From Candidatus Iainarchaeum sp. (GTDB lineage Archaea > Iainarchaeota > Iainarchaeia > Iainarchaeales > 0-14-0-20-30-16), in the NCBI GenBank assembly GCA_903916665.1, contig CAIWXP010000173.1:1-15430 (forward strand): a DNA stretch of 15,430 bases. Reading direction: 5' to 3'. The position numbers were made by a program, and so were the translations under genes. The notes under the pieces were generated by a model that saw nothing but the letters and a program-made list of their open reading frames with translations, made no database searches and was not told the DNA's origin. Positions within the stretch are counted from its first letter, which is position 1. Every line of letters begins with the position of its first letter. Below, piece by piece: positions 1-7,337 of the stretch.

Positions 1-50
1 AAACGCGATTCTCCGGAGTGACTGGAGTTCAGACGTGTGCTCTCCGATCT
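1..50 (+). other. Illumina TruSeq-type P7/i7 index adapter remnant (technical artefact, not genomic)
   Basis: nt 18-50 gtgactggagttcagacgtgtgctctccgatct matches the TruSeq index-adapter core GTGACTGGAGTTCAGACGTGTGCTCTTCCGATCT with one T missing. nt 10-17 tctccgga sits exactly where the 8-nt i7 index lies; its reverse complement is TCCGGAGA, which I recall as index D702. nt 1-9 aaacgcgat approximates the P7 end ATACGAGAT. Confidence 0.9.
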
Positions 51-331
51 ATAAAATACAGGAAATTACTAATTTTGAGTCTCAAGTAGCTACTAAACAA
101 CAATTGTTAGAAGAATTAAAAGAAAAATATTCTCATAATTTAATCTCATTGGACAATTATTTACGAAAACTAAATGAATATGACTACGAAGTAAAAATAA
201 TTAAAAGAAAAATAGATTCTGATTATAAAACAGTTTCAAATACAATGGTTAATCAAAAAGAAAATAAAAACTATAATTTTAAATCTGCAAAACAAATAAA
301 AAAGAAAAAAAATCTAAGTGATTTAAAATGA
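51..331 (+). CDS. Hypothetical coiled-coil protein, 5'-truncated at the contig/adapter junction
   Basis: The frame is open from the adapter to TGA at 329-331. The listed start at 35 (GTG, MCSPI...) lies inside adapter sequence, so the true N-terminus is missing. Heptad-like, K/E-rich sequence (QQLLEELKEKYSHNLISLDNYLRKLNEYDYEVKIIKRK). The stop overlaps the next ATG (ATGA at 328-331). Confidence 0.6.
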
Positions 332-969
332 GAGAAAATATTTATATAAATAAAACTGGCGAAAATAAGTATGAAATTATAACTAAAGAAATTAGTTTTG
401 AACCAGGAGTATATACACTTTATAATTTAGAGAAAAATCTATTTGTTGTTAAAAAACAAGTGTTTGGAGATAATACAAAAGCTATAAAAGAACAACAATA
501 TCTTCCTAAAGATGAACCAAGTGAAATAACAAAAATTGAAAATCAAGCGAAAGAAGTTAAAGAGGTTCAAGAAAAACAGGAACAGGATAATACAAATAGA
601 GAAGAAAGTACTCAGGAATGGTATAAAAAAGCTCTGGATATAAAAAAGGAATTGAATCAAAATCAATTTTTAGTTATTAAAGATTTGGAAGAAGTAAGAA
701 AATTGTCATTTGTAACAAAACAGGAAATTAATTCTGGAGAAATTTTAGGTATAAGGGGGTTTGACAAAAATTACTATGTTTTCAAAAAACCTTATTTTGA
801 AACAATAAAAGAAAAGATTTTAGAATCTATGACTTCAGATCCAGTTAACTATGATTTTCTTTTAGATAAAACAAAAGTGTCCAAAGAAGAATTAAATGGA
901 ACATTAGAAATACTAAAAGAACAAAGTGAATTGGTTGAATTAAAAAAAGGGCTATTCAAAAAAATGTAA
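328..969 (+). CDS. Hypothetical protein (213 aa) with an acidic/lysine-rich central linker and a possible C-terminal winged-helix-like region
   Basis: Long ORF with a 4-nt ATGA overlap to the upstream ORF. GTGAT Shine-Dalgarno-like motif at 318-322, 5 nt before the ATG. No family recognised by eye. The winged-helix idea rests only on the helix-rich C-terminus (LLDKTKVSKEELNGTLEILKEQSELVELKKG). Confidence 0.75.
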   Translation: MRENIYINKTGENKYEIITKEISFEPGVYTLYNLEKNLFVVKKQVFGDNTKAIKEQQYLPKDEPSEITKIENQAKEVKEVQEKQEQDNTNREESTQEWYKKALDIKKELNQNQFLVIKDLEEVRKLSFVTKQEINSGEILGIRGFDKNYYVFKKPYFETIKEKILESMTSDPVNYDFLLDKTKVSKEELNGTLEILKEQSELVELKKGLFKKM

Positions 970-985
970 ATGTTTTGGTGTTTTT

Positions 986-1681
986 GTGAATCTAGTTATA
1001 AATATTCCCAAAGACAAGTTTAATATTTTAGAGCAAGAATATAAATTAGTAATGAGTAAACAAAATCAAGATACCCTCTTTGTTGCAAAAAATAAAGATA
1101 TCACTATTTCATTGTATAAAACTGGTAAATTAGTTTTACAAGGTTTAAATGAAGAAGATTTAAACAAAGAAAAAGAATTAATTTTGAGCAAGGTATTTGA
1201 TTCTAAAGAAGAATTAATTTTAGGATTTGATGAGACTGGTAGATCAGAAATTGAAGGGCCATTTGTTATTACAGGCTTATTAGGTGAAAATAAAGACCTG
1301 GCAATAGTAAGAGATAGTAAAAAAACAGATCATTTAGAAAAGGCTAAAGCAAGAGTGGATTCTGGTGCCTTTGGGTATATTACCTTTGTTTTAAACCCAC
1401 AATTAATTGATAGGTTAAGGTCTGGAGAAATTACATTAAACGATATTGAAGAAAGGTTTATTAGGAATACACAAAAAACCTTTGAAGATTTAGATTTAAA
1501 GTTCAATACAATCGTTGATGGCGCACAGTTAAATTCAAATAAGATAAATGTAACCTATTTACCAAAAGCCGATGATCTGGTGCCCTGTGTGAGTGCAGCA
1601 AGTATAATCTCTAAAACAATTAGAGATGATAGTAAGAATAAAGATACACGTAAAACCTGGAATGTTAAAAAAAAGGAATAA
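986..1681 (+). CDS. Ribonuclease HII/HIII-family protein: RNase HIII-type N-terminal (TBP-like/DUF3378-like) domain plus a compact RNase HII catalytic core
   Basis: GTG start with GGTG at 977-980, 5 nt upstream. The N-terminus (ITISLYKTGKLVLQG) resembles the RNase HIII N-domain signature. Core motifs are in E. coli RNase HII-like order and spacing: GFDETGR (D82, E83), RDSKK (110-113), IVDGA (D178), PKADDLVPCVSAASIISKTIRD (D196 plus the AASI-x-K motif). The protein ends about 20 aa after this motif, so the usual C-terminal helical domain is absent. Confidence 0.8.
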   Translation: MNLVINIPKDKFNILEQEYKLVMSKQNQDTLFVAKNKDITISLYKTGKLVLQGLNEEDLNKEKELILSKVFDSKEELILGFDETGRSEIEGPFVITGLLGENKDLAIVRDSKKTDHLEKAKARVDSGAFGYITFVLNPQLIDRLRSGEITLNDIEERFIRNTQKTFEDLDLKFNTIVDGAQLNSNKINVTYLPKADDLVPCVSAASIISKTIRDDSKNKDTRKTWNVKKKE

Positions 1682-1688
1682 ACTAATT

Positions 1689-2864
1689 CTAAAAGAAAAT
1701 CAAATAAAACAAATAAGTTGCCAACAACAAGAAACAGATTGCAGCAATCAAATGTAAGTTTCTAACATTCTTATCTCTTGTTCTTTGCAAAACATCTATC
1801 TTAAATATACCAAAATAAACAATAAATAAAATAATCCACATAGGCAAAGAAAAAACCAGATTATAGATTGCTAACCAACCTAAAATTGCATACCAACTAT
1901 AATTGTATAATAGTCCAGAAATTAAAACATAGGGACCAGCGGTGCAGGGCAATAAGAATAAAGCCAGAATAACTGCAATAACTACTGCAGACCAGATACT
2001 TGTTACACTTGATAATACTTTATTCATTAATGGTCTCCAAGATCTTGGAACTTCCATTAAAAAGCCACCAGCACCATAGCTAATATAATCTTTTAAATTT
2101 AATAATCCTAAAACTAATGCGAAAATAGCCAAAATAATGTAAAATATTTTAGTTTCTAAATAGCTTCCAATTAATTTAAAGCCAAAAATAATCCCCACGC
2201 CTATTAAAAAATACATTAAATATAAAGTTAAAATAAAAGTCAAGCCATATTGTAAAACTTTCTTTTTAGAACCATATTTCATTAATACTGTACTTAATAA
2301 AATCAACAATACAACCAATGCGCAAGGATTAACTGAATCAGCAAATGCCAAAGCAAATACTGTAAAGTAATTGACCACCTCATGACCACTATTAGGAGCA
2401 TATAGCTTACATTTGTTTAATTTACAATAATCCAATTCTTTAATTATATTTTCATTTATTGCTATATCTCCATAGTAAATATGACCATTAATAACCAAAG
2501 CAGGAACCCCAAAATTATTTGAATTAAAATCATTTAAAACTCGTGTAAAAAAATCCAATTCTTCCTTTGTTCCATTTCTATTTATTGCGTTAACATTTAG
2601 ATTATAATCTTTACTTATAGTTAACAAATATTCTTCCACATTTTTACAATGTGAACAGGCAGGAGAATAAAACAAATACATAGGTATTCCGTTAGGATTA
2701 GACAATTGGGGATAGTTAAATTTAAAATTTAAACCTGTATTAACATCTAAATTCAAATCACAGGTATTGGTATCTGTTGTACATATTCCAAAATTAGAGT
2801 CTATAGAATAGATAAAACTAGTTGTTAATAAAATTGCCAATGCAAAAAAATATAATCTATTCAT
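1689..2864 (-). CDS. Secreted thioredoxin-fold domain (CSHC) fused to a CcdA/DsbD-type thiol:disulfide electron-transfer membrane core
   Basis: N-terminal signal/anchor (MNRLYFFALAILLTTSFIYS). Thioredoxin-fold motifs YSPACSHCKN (CxxC encoded at 2646-2657, checked codon by codon) and the cis-Pro motif GVPALVING. These are followed by a polytopic membrane region with the two conserved Cys motifs of the CcdA/DsbD family: DSVNPCALVV (C181) and LLPCTAGPY (C307). Confidence 0.8.
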   Translation of the reverse strand: MNRLYFFALAILLTTSFIYSIDSNFGICTTDTNTCDLNLDVNTGLNFKFNYPQLSNPNGIPMYLFYSPACSHCKNVEEYLLTISKDYNLNVNAINRNGTKEELDFFTRVLNDFNSNNFGVPALVINGHIYYGDIAINENIIKELDYCKLNKCKLYAPNSGHEVVNYFTVFALAFADSVNPCALVVLLILLSTVLMKYGSKKKVLQYGLTFILTLYLMYFLIGVGIIFGFKLIGSYLETKIFYIILAIFALVLGLLNLKDYISYGAGGFLMEVPRSWRPLMNKVLSSVTSIWSAVVIAVILALFLLPCTAGPYVLISGLLYNYSWYAILGWLAIYNLVFSLPMWIILFIVYFGIFKIDVLQRTRDKNVRNLHLIAAICFLLLATYLFYLIFF

Positions 2865-2881
2865 AACAATCTAAAATAAGC

Positions 2882-3775
2882 TTAATATAAATCTGGGTAC
2901 TTATCTCTAAATTTTCTAACTAATTCTATATTTTTAGGAGTAGGAATGCCCATTTTTCTTCCTAATTCTATAATGAATCCATTGATAAAATACATTTCGG
3001 TTTTTTTATTTTTATTCACATCTTGATAGGTACTTGAATAATGATCCATATTTTTAACAAAAGATAAAAAAGTATTCCATAATGATCTCTTTGAATGCAT
3101 AGGAATTAATTCAGATAAAACTTCATAGGATTCATCAAATAAATCTTGCATTTCTTTTAATATTTTCTTATCGTTGGTTAATTCCATTAATGTTTTTTCG
3201 TAAATTGCACAAAAACCATTTGATGCACTATTAAATACTGTTTTTTCTCCTCTCTTAATATCAATATCATCTGTTAATTGAACATTAACGTCACAGGATT
3301 TCAATAAATTATAGGCATCTCTACTTAACATATCATCTTCTAAAAACCAACCAGCAGTTTTAATAAATTTTAATTTATTGCCATCTAAATTAAATCCTTC
3401 AAATACTGAAACAACAATAAAAGGAGTGTTTTTTATTAAATTAATATACCAACTATTATCAATATAGGTATTTTGAACTAAAACAATTAAATCTGTTCTT
3501 ACACCTGAATTAGTTATTGTTTCTAAATTTTTTTTCAAATCATAGTATTTTGATGTAATAAAAATATAATCATATCTTTTATTAGAATCTAAATCCTCAT
3601 ATACTTTAGGGTATTCATATTTATCTTCATTTATGTATAAATACTTGCCAATATCTTTAGCTTTTTGTTTACCAATAACGTCAACATCATGACCTTTGGC
3701 AAATAACTTAGCTGCTAAATAAGAACCAATAGATCCAGCACCATATACTAAAATCTTCTTTTGTGGTATTATCAT
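2882..3775 (-). CDS. Ketopantoate reductase (PanE/ApbA) family NAD(P)-dependent oxidoreductase
   Basis: Rossmann motif KKILVYGAGSIGSYLAAKLFAKGHDVDVIGK at the N-terminus. The C-terminal PanE-family signature is SSTYQDVNKNKKTEMYFINGFIIELGRKMGIPTPKN. I place the start at ATG 3775 (MIIPQKK...) because a perfect TTTATATA box ends 22 nt upstream. The ORF track's longer form starts at 3814 (ATGA overlap with the upstream gene) and adds 13 hydrophobic residues. Confidence 0.8.
   Translation of the reverse strand: MIIPQKKILVYGAGSIGSYLAAKLFAKGHDVDVIGKQKAKDIGKYLYINEDKYEYPKVYEDLDSNKRYDYIFITSKYYDLKKNLETITNSGVRTDLIVLVQNTYIDNSWYINLIKNTPFIVVSVFEGFNLDGNKLKFIKTAGWFLEDDMLSRDAYNLLKSCDVNVQLTDDIDIKRGEKTVFNSASNGFCAIYEKTLMELTNDKKILKEMQDLFDESYEVLSELIPMHSKRSLWNTFLSFVKNMDHYSSTYQDVNKNKKTEMYFINGFIIELGRKMGIPTPKNIELVRKFRDKYPDLY
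2884..2891 (-). promoter_or_regulatory. Putative archaeal TATA box (TTTATATT) for the Trx-CcdA gene
   Basis: The minus strand reads CCAGA-TTTATATT-19 nt-ATG(2864). No GGTG-type SD lies in the spacer, which is compatible with a leaderless or very short-leader mRNA. The box lies in the last codons of the upstream CDS. Confidence 0.4.
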
Positions 3776-3797
3776 AGTATATATATCTAAGAAAAAG

Positions 3798-3805
3798 TAT
3801 ATAAA
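3798..3805 (-). promoter_or_regulatory. Putative archaeal TATA box (TTTATATA) for the PanE-family gene
   Basis: The minus strand reads TGACTAGC-TTTATATA-22 nt-ATG(3775). This is the classical archaeal TATA position if transcription starts at or near the ATG. No SD motif lies in the spacer. Confidence 0.45.
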
Positions 3806-3810
3806 GCTAG

Positions 3811-5262
3811 TCATTGAGGCATAGTAATATTATTTGCATAACTCTTATATTTTTGATCAGATAATTGACTTATTTGATCTTGTACATCTTTATGAGTTCC
3901 TGTAAATGGAGATCCAGAAATTGGATTGCAAGTAAGAGTATCAGAAGTAGGTGAAGAACACTCGCAAATTATTGCAGTTATTTTTGGATTTGATTCAATT
4001 TCTTTTATACCTGAAAATCCTAATTCTACGGAACCACTATGACCAAATGTAAAAAAAGGATTTGTATCTGTAACTGATATTTCAAATCTTACTGATTCTA
4101 TTTGAGTTAATACATAGGGTCCTAAATCATGTCCATTATCTGCTAAAATTATAATTTTACTTTGATATGTTTTTTGAGGTATTATATTATCAAATTTCAT
4201 ATTAAAATTATTTCCGGGAATAACATTATATGAATTAAGTAATGCAGACATTTTGGAAGAATCAAGAGATGAACTTGCTTTATATTTTGTAGTTATCTCA
4301 GATATTTTTCCACTAAAATCACCACAGCCAGCTGCGTTTAAAGTTTCATCTCCAATAATAAAGTTTTTTACATCAGGATACTTATTTGCATTTAGTTGTT
4401 CTCTAACCAATGCAATGGCACCGAATAAACGCATAGGTAAATATAGTGAAATAACATTTCTTGGAAGTATGGCATCATCCATTGCAGAGTTATCAATATT
4501 TCGTTTTATAAAAACTCTTGGCAAATTTAAATAGGTGTTATAATCAACATTGTTAACATACATAAAAGTATAAAAAGTTCCAATAGAACAATGTGCTTGA
4601 TCTGAGCAACCAACTAATTTTAAAAAATTTTGATTGGCAGGAATATTACTCATTGCCTGTGATAATACTTCCCTAGTTCCTAATTCAGTTATATTCATTA
4701 CAGCTGTTGAATCAGTAACATCTTTTGCAATACCTTGCATAAAATCACTGGATTGCAAAGCATAATCATAGATTCTAAAATTATACTGTGAACCTTTGAA
4801 ATTACCACTATAATCATATAATAAACCTAACATTTTATTTGCAATATATACTGCAAATTTATTTCCTGGAGTACCATCATTATTTTTTCCAAAAAATAAT
4901 TCATTTGAATAGGCTTTTTGAAAAGTATCCCAATCTTGAATAAATTCTGTCGAAGCACCAATATCATCGACTGGATGATAAACCTTTAATGTGTCTGAAT
5001 TTAATAAATCATTTCCATCATTTGAAAAATATTCATAGAATTTAGCTCTATAAAGTAAACTAAAAACTTGTAACGAATCAATTCTAATTAAATCTTTGGC
5101 AGCATCCATTTCCTGTTGATTTTGTAAAGCAGTTATAACCTGAGCATAGTTCTGTTCACTATTTGATACGTGCTGCATAACAACAACACCTATTCCAATA
5201 ATAATAAAGCTAACCAAAGCAGTAAAAAGAGTAAATGCCTTTATAGATTCAAAAAATGTCAT
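3811..5262 (-). CDS. Large N-terminally anchored extracytoplasmic protein (483 aa) with a type IV pilin-like N-terminus; function unknown
   Basis: The N-terminus MTFFESIKAFTLFTALVSFIIIGIGVVVM is a short polar leader, then K-A, then F-T-L and a hydrophobic helix. The rest is hydrophilic and Asn/Ser-rich, with 7 Cys in clustered pairs (GCSDQAHCS, AAGCGDF, IICECSSPTSDTLTCNP). No family recognised. Confidence 0.8.
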   Translation of the reverse strand: MTFFESIKAFTLFTALVSFIIIGIGVVVMQHVSNSEQNYAQVITALQNQQEMDAAKDLIRIDSLQVFSLLYRAKFYEYFSNDGNDLLNSDTLKVYHPVDDIGASTEFIQDWDTFQKAYSNELFFGKNNDGTPGNKFAVYIANKMLGLLYDYSGNFKGSQYNFRIYDYALQSSDFMQGIAKDVTDSTAVMNITELGTREVLSQAMSNIPANQNFLKLVGCSDQAHCSIGTFYTFMYVNNVDYNTYLNLPRVFIKRNIDNSAMDDAILPRNVISLYLPMRLFGAIALVREQLNANKYPDVKNFIIGDETLNAAGCGDFSGKISEITTKYKASSSLDSSKMSALLNSYNVIPGNNFNMKFDNIIPQKTYQSKIIILADNGHDLGPYVLTQIESVRFEISVTDTNPFFTFGHSGSVELGFSGIKEIESNPKITAIICECSSPTSDTLTCNPISGSPFTGTHKDVQDQISQLSDQKYKSYANNITMPQ

Positions 5263-5283
5263 AATTAGATAAACAATGAGGAA

Positions 5284-5291
5284 TTTATATA
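5284..5291 (-). promoter_or_regulatory. Putative archaeal TATA box (TATATAAA) for the 483-aa gene
   Basis: The minus strand reads AAAAC-TATATAAA-21 nt-ATG(5262), within the 35-nt gap after the upstream stop. No SD motif lies in the spacer. Confidence 0.4.
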
Positions 5292-5297
5292 GTTTTC

Positions 5298-7061
5298 TTA
5301 ATTATAGACTACCAAAAAGTCCCACCAAGGTTTTTCAGTATTATACAATATACCCGTTGTGGCATAATATTTTGCTTTAATCTTTTCTTTTATTTTAATT
5401 ATGCCTAAAAGTTTTCCAGAAATTTCTTTTTGAATAACATATACTGGCAAAGTATCTTCTATTAATAAATCAACTTGTTTTATTTCTGATACGCCTCTAT
5501 ATATTTCTGTTATTTTATTTTTATCAATAATTGCAATTTCTTTATTTGAAACCGATAGAGCATTATTTTCTAAAGTAATTGATAATAAAGTATTTATTTT
5601 ATAATCATTAACATCAATAATTATTCCGTTTATATCTTTAATTATTGTAAAAACATTATTTGAATCCCCTTTATAATCCAAAGTTAATTGTTTTGATCCA
5701 AAATCAAAAATATATTTATCTAAAGATATCCCTTGAGGAGTTATGGTCCCATTAACATTTGTTAAATCAATAACATTATTATCTTCAAAATGTTTTTTTA
5801 TTAAACTATAGGCAATATCCGAATATATTGTTTTTATTGAATCATCAATAATTGTATTTTGATCGTTATTAAAAAAATCCAATATTAATGATAATTTAGT
5901 TCTTCTTCTAACATCTAAAGTATCTTCTTTGTTTCTTAATAGTGTAGGACCTGCACTAGATAATACATTCTTTTTATCATCCTCATTTAAACTTTTTGTA
6001 ACTTTTTGAAGATTTAATAAAAAATAATCAGTATCTAAACTTAATTTTAAAACAACATCTTTCATTTGATCAATAGATTTCTCAGTTTCTGCAAATCTAG
6101 AATATTCTGTTACTAAATCATTTAAATATGTTTTCATATTGTCATATTCAAAATTAGAATCTGATAAATAATTCTTTAATAACAAATCAGTCATATCAAA
6201 AAAATTAATCTTCTTACTATCATATTGCTCAAAATCTATGGCAAAAGTATAGGCTATATCATCTTTACAACTTGTAATTAATTTTTCAGGAGTATAGGTA
6301 AAATTATAACCACTTTTTTTCAAATTAAAATTATCACCTTTAATATCAGAAAGTAAAACTTTCATAGTTATACAATCTAAATATGATCTATATAATTGAT
6401 CCATTGTATTATTATTTGAAATAAGATTACTCAATAAAATATCCAATTGCTTTGATGAATTATTTACATCCAAAGACAATGGTAAAATAGAAAAATTACT
6501 ATTTTGCGGTATATTTAAAGATGGTAAATCAAAGGACTTAACAAACAAATCAAAACTAGTTCCATTTAATGCAAAATCAGAATTTAAAATTAATTTTGGT
6601 TGAATTAATACATTATTGTTTAGATCTTTTCCTAAACTAATATCCCAGGAATAATCATTTGATGGAAATATACCTTTACATTTAACGGTTAGACTAGCGC
6701 CATTCAAATCATTACCATTTAAATCATAGAAACAATTTGCTTTGAAAGAAGCACTGGTATTTTTTATTTGATTATTATAACAAATAGTTCTTGCATTTCT
6801 ATAATCAAAATTATCTTTCAATTTCTCATTCTTAATACAATCAACAAATACTAATATGTTCTGATCTTTAGTATAGGTTAAATCAATAATATGTGCAACA
6901 TTCTTTGCCAAACTAAAATAATTTGTACAGTTTTGTTCAGTATTACTTTGCAAACAGGCAGAATAACCATCAATATAGGTATTGTCAGATACTGCAAATA
7001 AGAACCCAATACCTATAATTACAGCAAAAAACAAAAAGATTAATTTATGCAAACAACCCAC
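5298..7061 (-). CDS. Large secreted or N-terminally anchored protein (587 aa) with a Cys-rich N-terminal region; function unknown
   Basis: Signal/anchor (MGC)LHKLIFLFFAVIIGIGFLFAVSD. There are 7 Cys in the first ~130 residues after it. The rest is Asn/Asp/Ile-rich and beta-rich with many N-x-S/T sequons. The listed start is GTG 7061, directly abutting the Sec61-beta stop. In-frame TTG at 7052 lies 5 nt after AGGTGG (7058-7063) and is an equally good or better start. Confidence 0.8.
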   Translation of the reverse strand: MGCLHKLIFLFFAVIIGIGFLFAVSDNTYIDGYSACLQSNTEQNCTNYFSLAKNVAHIIDLTYTKDQNILVFVDCIKNEKLKDNFDYRNARTICYNNQIKNTSASFKANCFYDLNGNDLNGASLTVKCKGIFPSNDYSWDISLGKDLNNNVLIQPKLILNSDFALNGTSFDLFVKSFDLPSLNIPQNSNFSILPLSLDVNNSSKQLDILLSNLISNNNTMDQLYRSYLDCITMKVLLSDIKGDNFNLKKSGYNFTYTPEKLITSCKDDIAYTFAIDFEQYDSKKINFFDMTDLLLKNYLSDSNFEYDNMKTYLNDLVTEYSRFAETEKSIDQMKDVVLKLSLDTDYFLLNLQKVTKSLNEDDKKNVLSSAGPTLLRNKEDTLDVRRRTKLSLILDFFNNDQNTIIDDSIKTIYSDIAYSLIKKHFEDNNVIDLTNVNGTITPQGISLDKYIFDFGSKQLTLDYKGDSNNVFTIIKDINGIIIDVNDYKINTLLSITLENNALSVSNKEIAIIDKNKITEIYRGVSEIKQVDLLIEDTLPVYVIQKEISGKLLGIIKIKEKIKAKYYATTGILYNTEKPWWDFLVVYN

Positions 7062-7229
7062 CTAACCAAATATGTTTATACCTAATATAACCATTCCAAA
7101 CACAATTGCACCTATTAACACTATCTCAGGAGTCAATCTAATCAAAGATTTAGAATTCTCTGAAAATGACAATAATCCTAAAGATGAGCTAGGCCCTCTT
7201 GAATATGATTTATTTTTTCCCCATTTCAT
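7062..7229 (-). CDS. secG: Preprotein translocase subunit Sec61-beta (archaeal SecG), 55 aa
   Basis: MKWGKNKSYSRGPSSSLGLLSFSENSKSLIRLTPEIVLIGAIVFGMVILGINIFG aligns by eye with M. jannaschii Sec-beta (..[33 protein letters not shown]..). Both share the S-x-GL motif, the IR-x-x-PE-x-V motif and a C-terminal tail-anchor TM. GGTGAT SD (plus-strand atcacc, 7233-7238) lies 3 nt upstream of ATG 7229. The 96-aa ORF-track version (to 7352) adds an implausible F/Y/I-rich extension across the promoter region. Confidence 0.85.
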   Translation of the reverse strand: MKWGKNKSYSRGPSSSLGLLSFSENSKSLIRLTPEIVLIGAIVFGMVILGINIFG

Positions 7230-7337
7230 GACATCACCAAATACAATTAACACTACTTTATAATAATAATTAAAGAATATAAATAAGAAACATATAAAAA
7301 TATATACACAATATATAATTAAGTTGTAGGGGTTTTT
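7230..7337. promoter_or_regulatory. Divergent AT-rich promoter region between secG (minus) and the 232-aa gene (plus)
   Basis: 108 nt, almost pure A/T, with several TATA-like elements: TTATTATTATAAAG read on the minus strand (7257-7270), and ATAAAAATATATA (7293-7305) and ATATATAA (7311-7318) on the plus strand. SD-like motifs flank it: GGTGAT for secG, and AGGGG (7328-7332) 5 nt before ATG 7338. Confidence 0.55.

Noticed and set aside
35-50. Start codon and first residues (MCSPI) of the first listed ORF
   Set aside because: These nucleotides are Illumina adapter sequence. The ORF is really a 5'-truncated gene fragment beginning at the adapter/genome junction.
439-666. 75-aa minus-strand ORF
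   Set aside because: It is antisense to the 213-aa CDS. The F/I/L-rich low-complexity product is typical of the reverse frame of a Lys/Glu-rich AT-rich gene, and no start context is present.
1682-1688. Convergent gene junctions (1682-1688 and 10751-10761) considered as bidirectional terminators
   Set aside because: The gaps are only 7 and 11 nt, with no hairpin potential. A short T-run after 10750 is compatible with archaeal termination but is too weak to annotate.
3776-3814. 13-codon N-terminal extension of the PanE-family gene (ATGA overlap with the upstream gene)
   Set aside because: The Rossmann GxGxxG motif normally sits within a few residues of the N-terminus. The extension (MTSFIYFFLDIYT) is hydrophobic filler and contains the TTTATATA box that fits a start at 3775. 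I kept it as an alternative because ATGA coupling is also plausible.
4253-4534. 93-aa plus-strand ORF
   Set aside because: It lies entirely inside the 483-aa minus-strand CDS, with no SD or TATA context and no recognisable motifs. It is probably a shadow ORF.
7072-7263. 63-aa plus-strand ORF
   Set aside because: It is antisense to the well-supported Sec61-beta gene and has no initiation signals.
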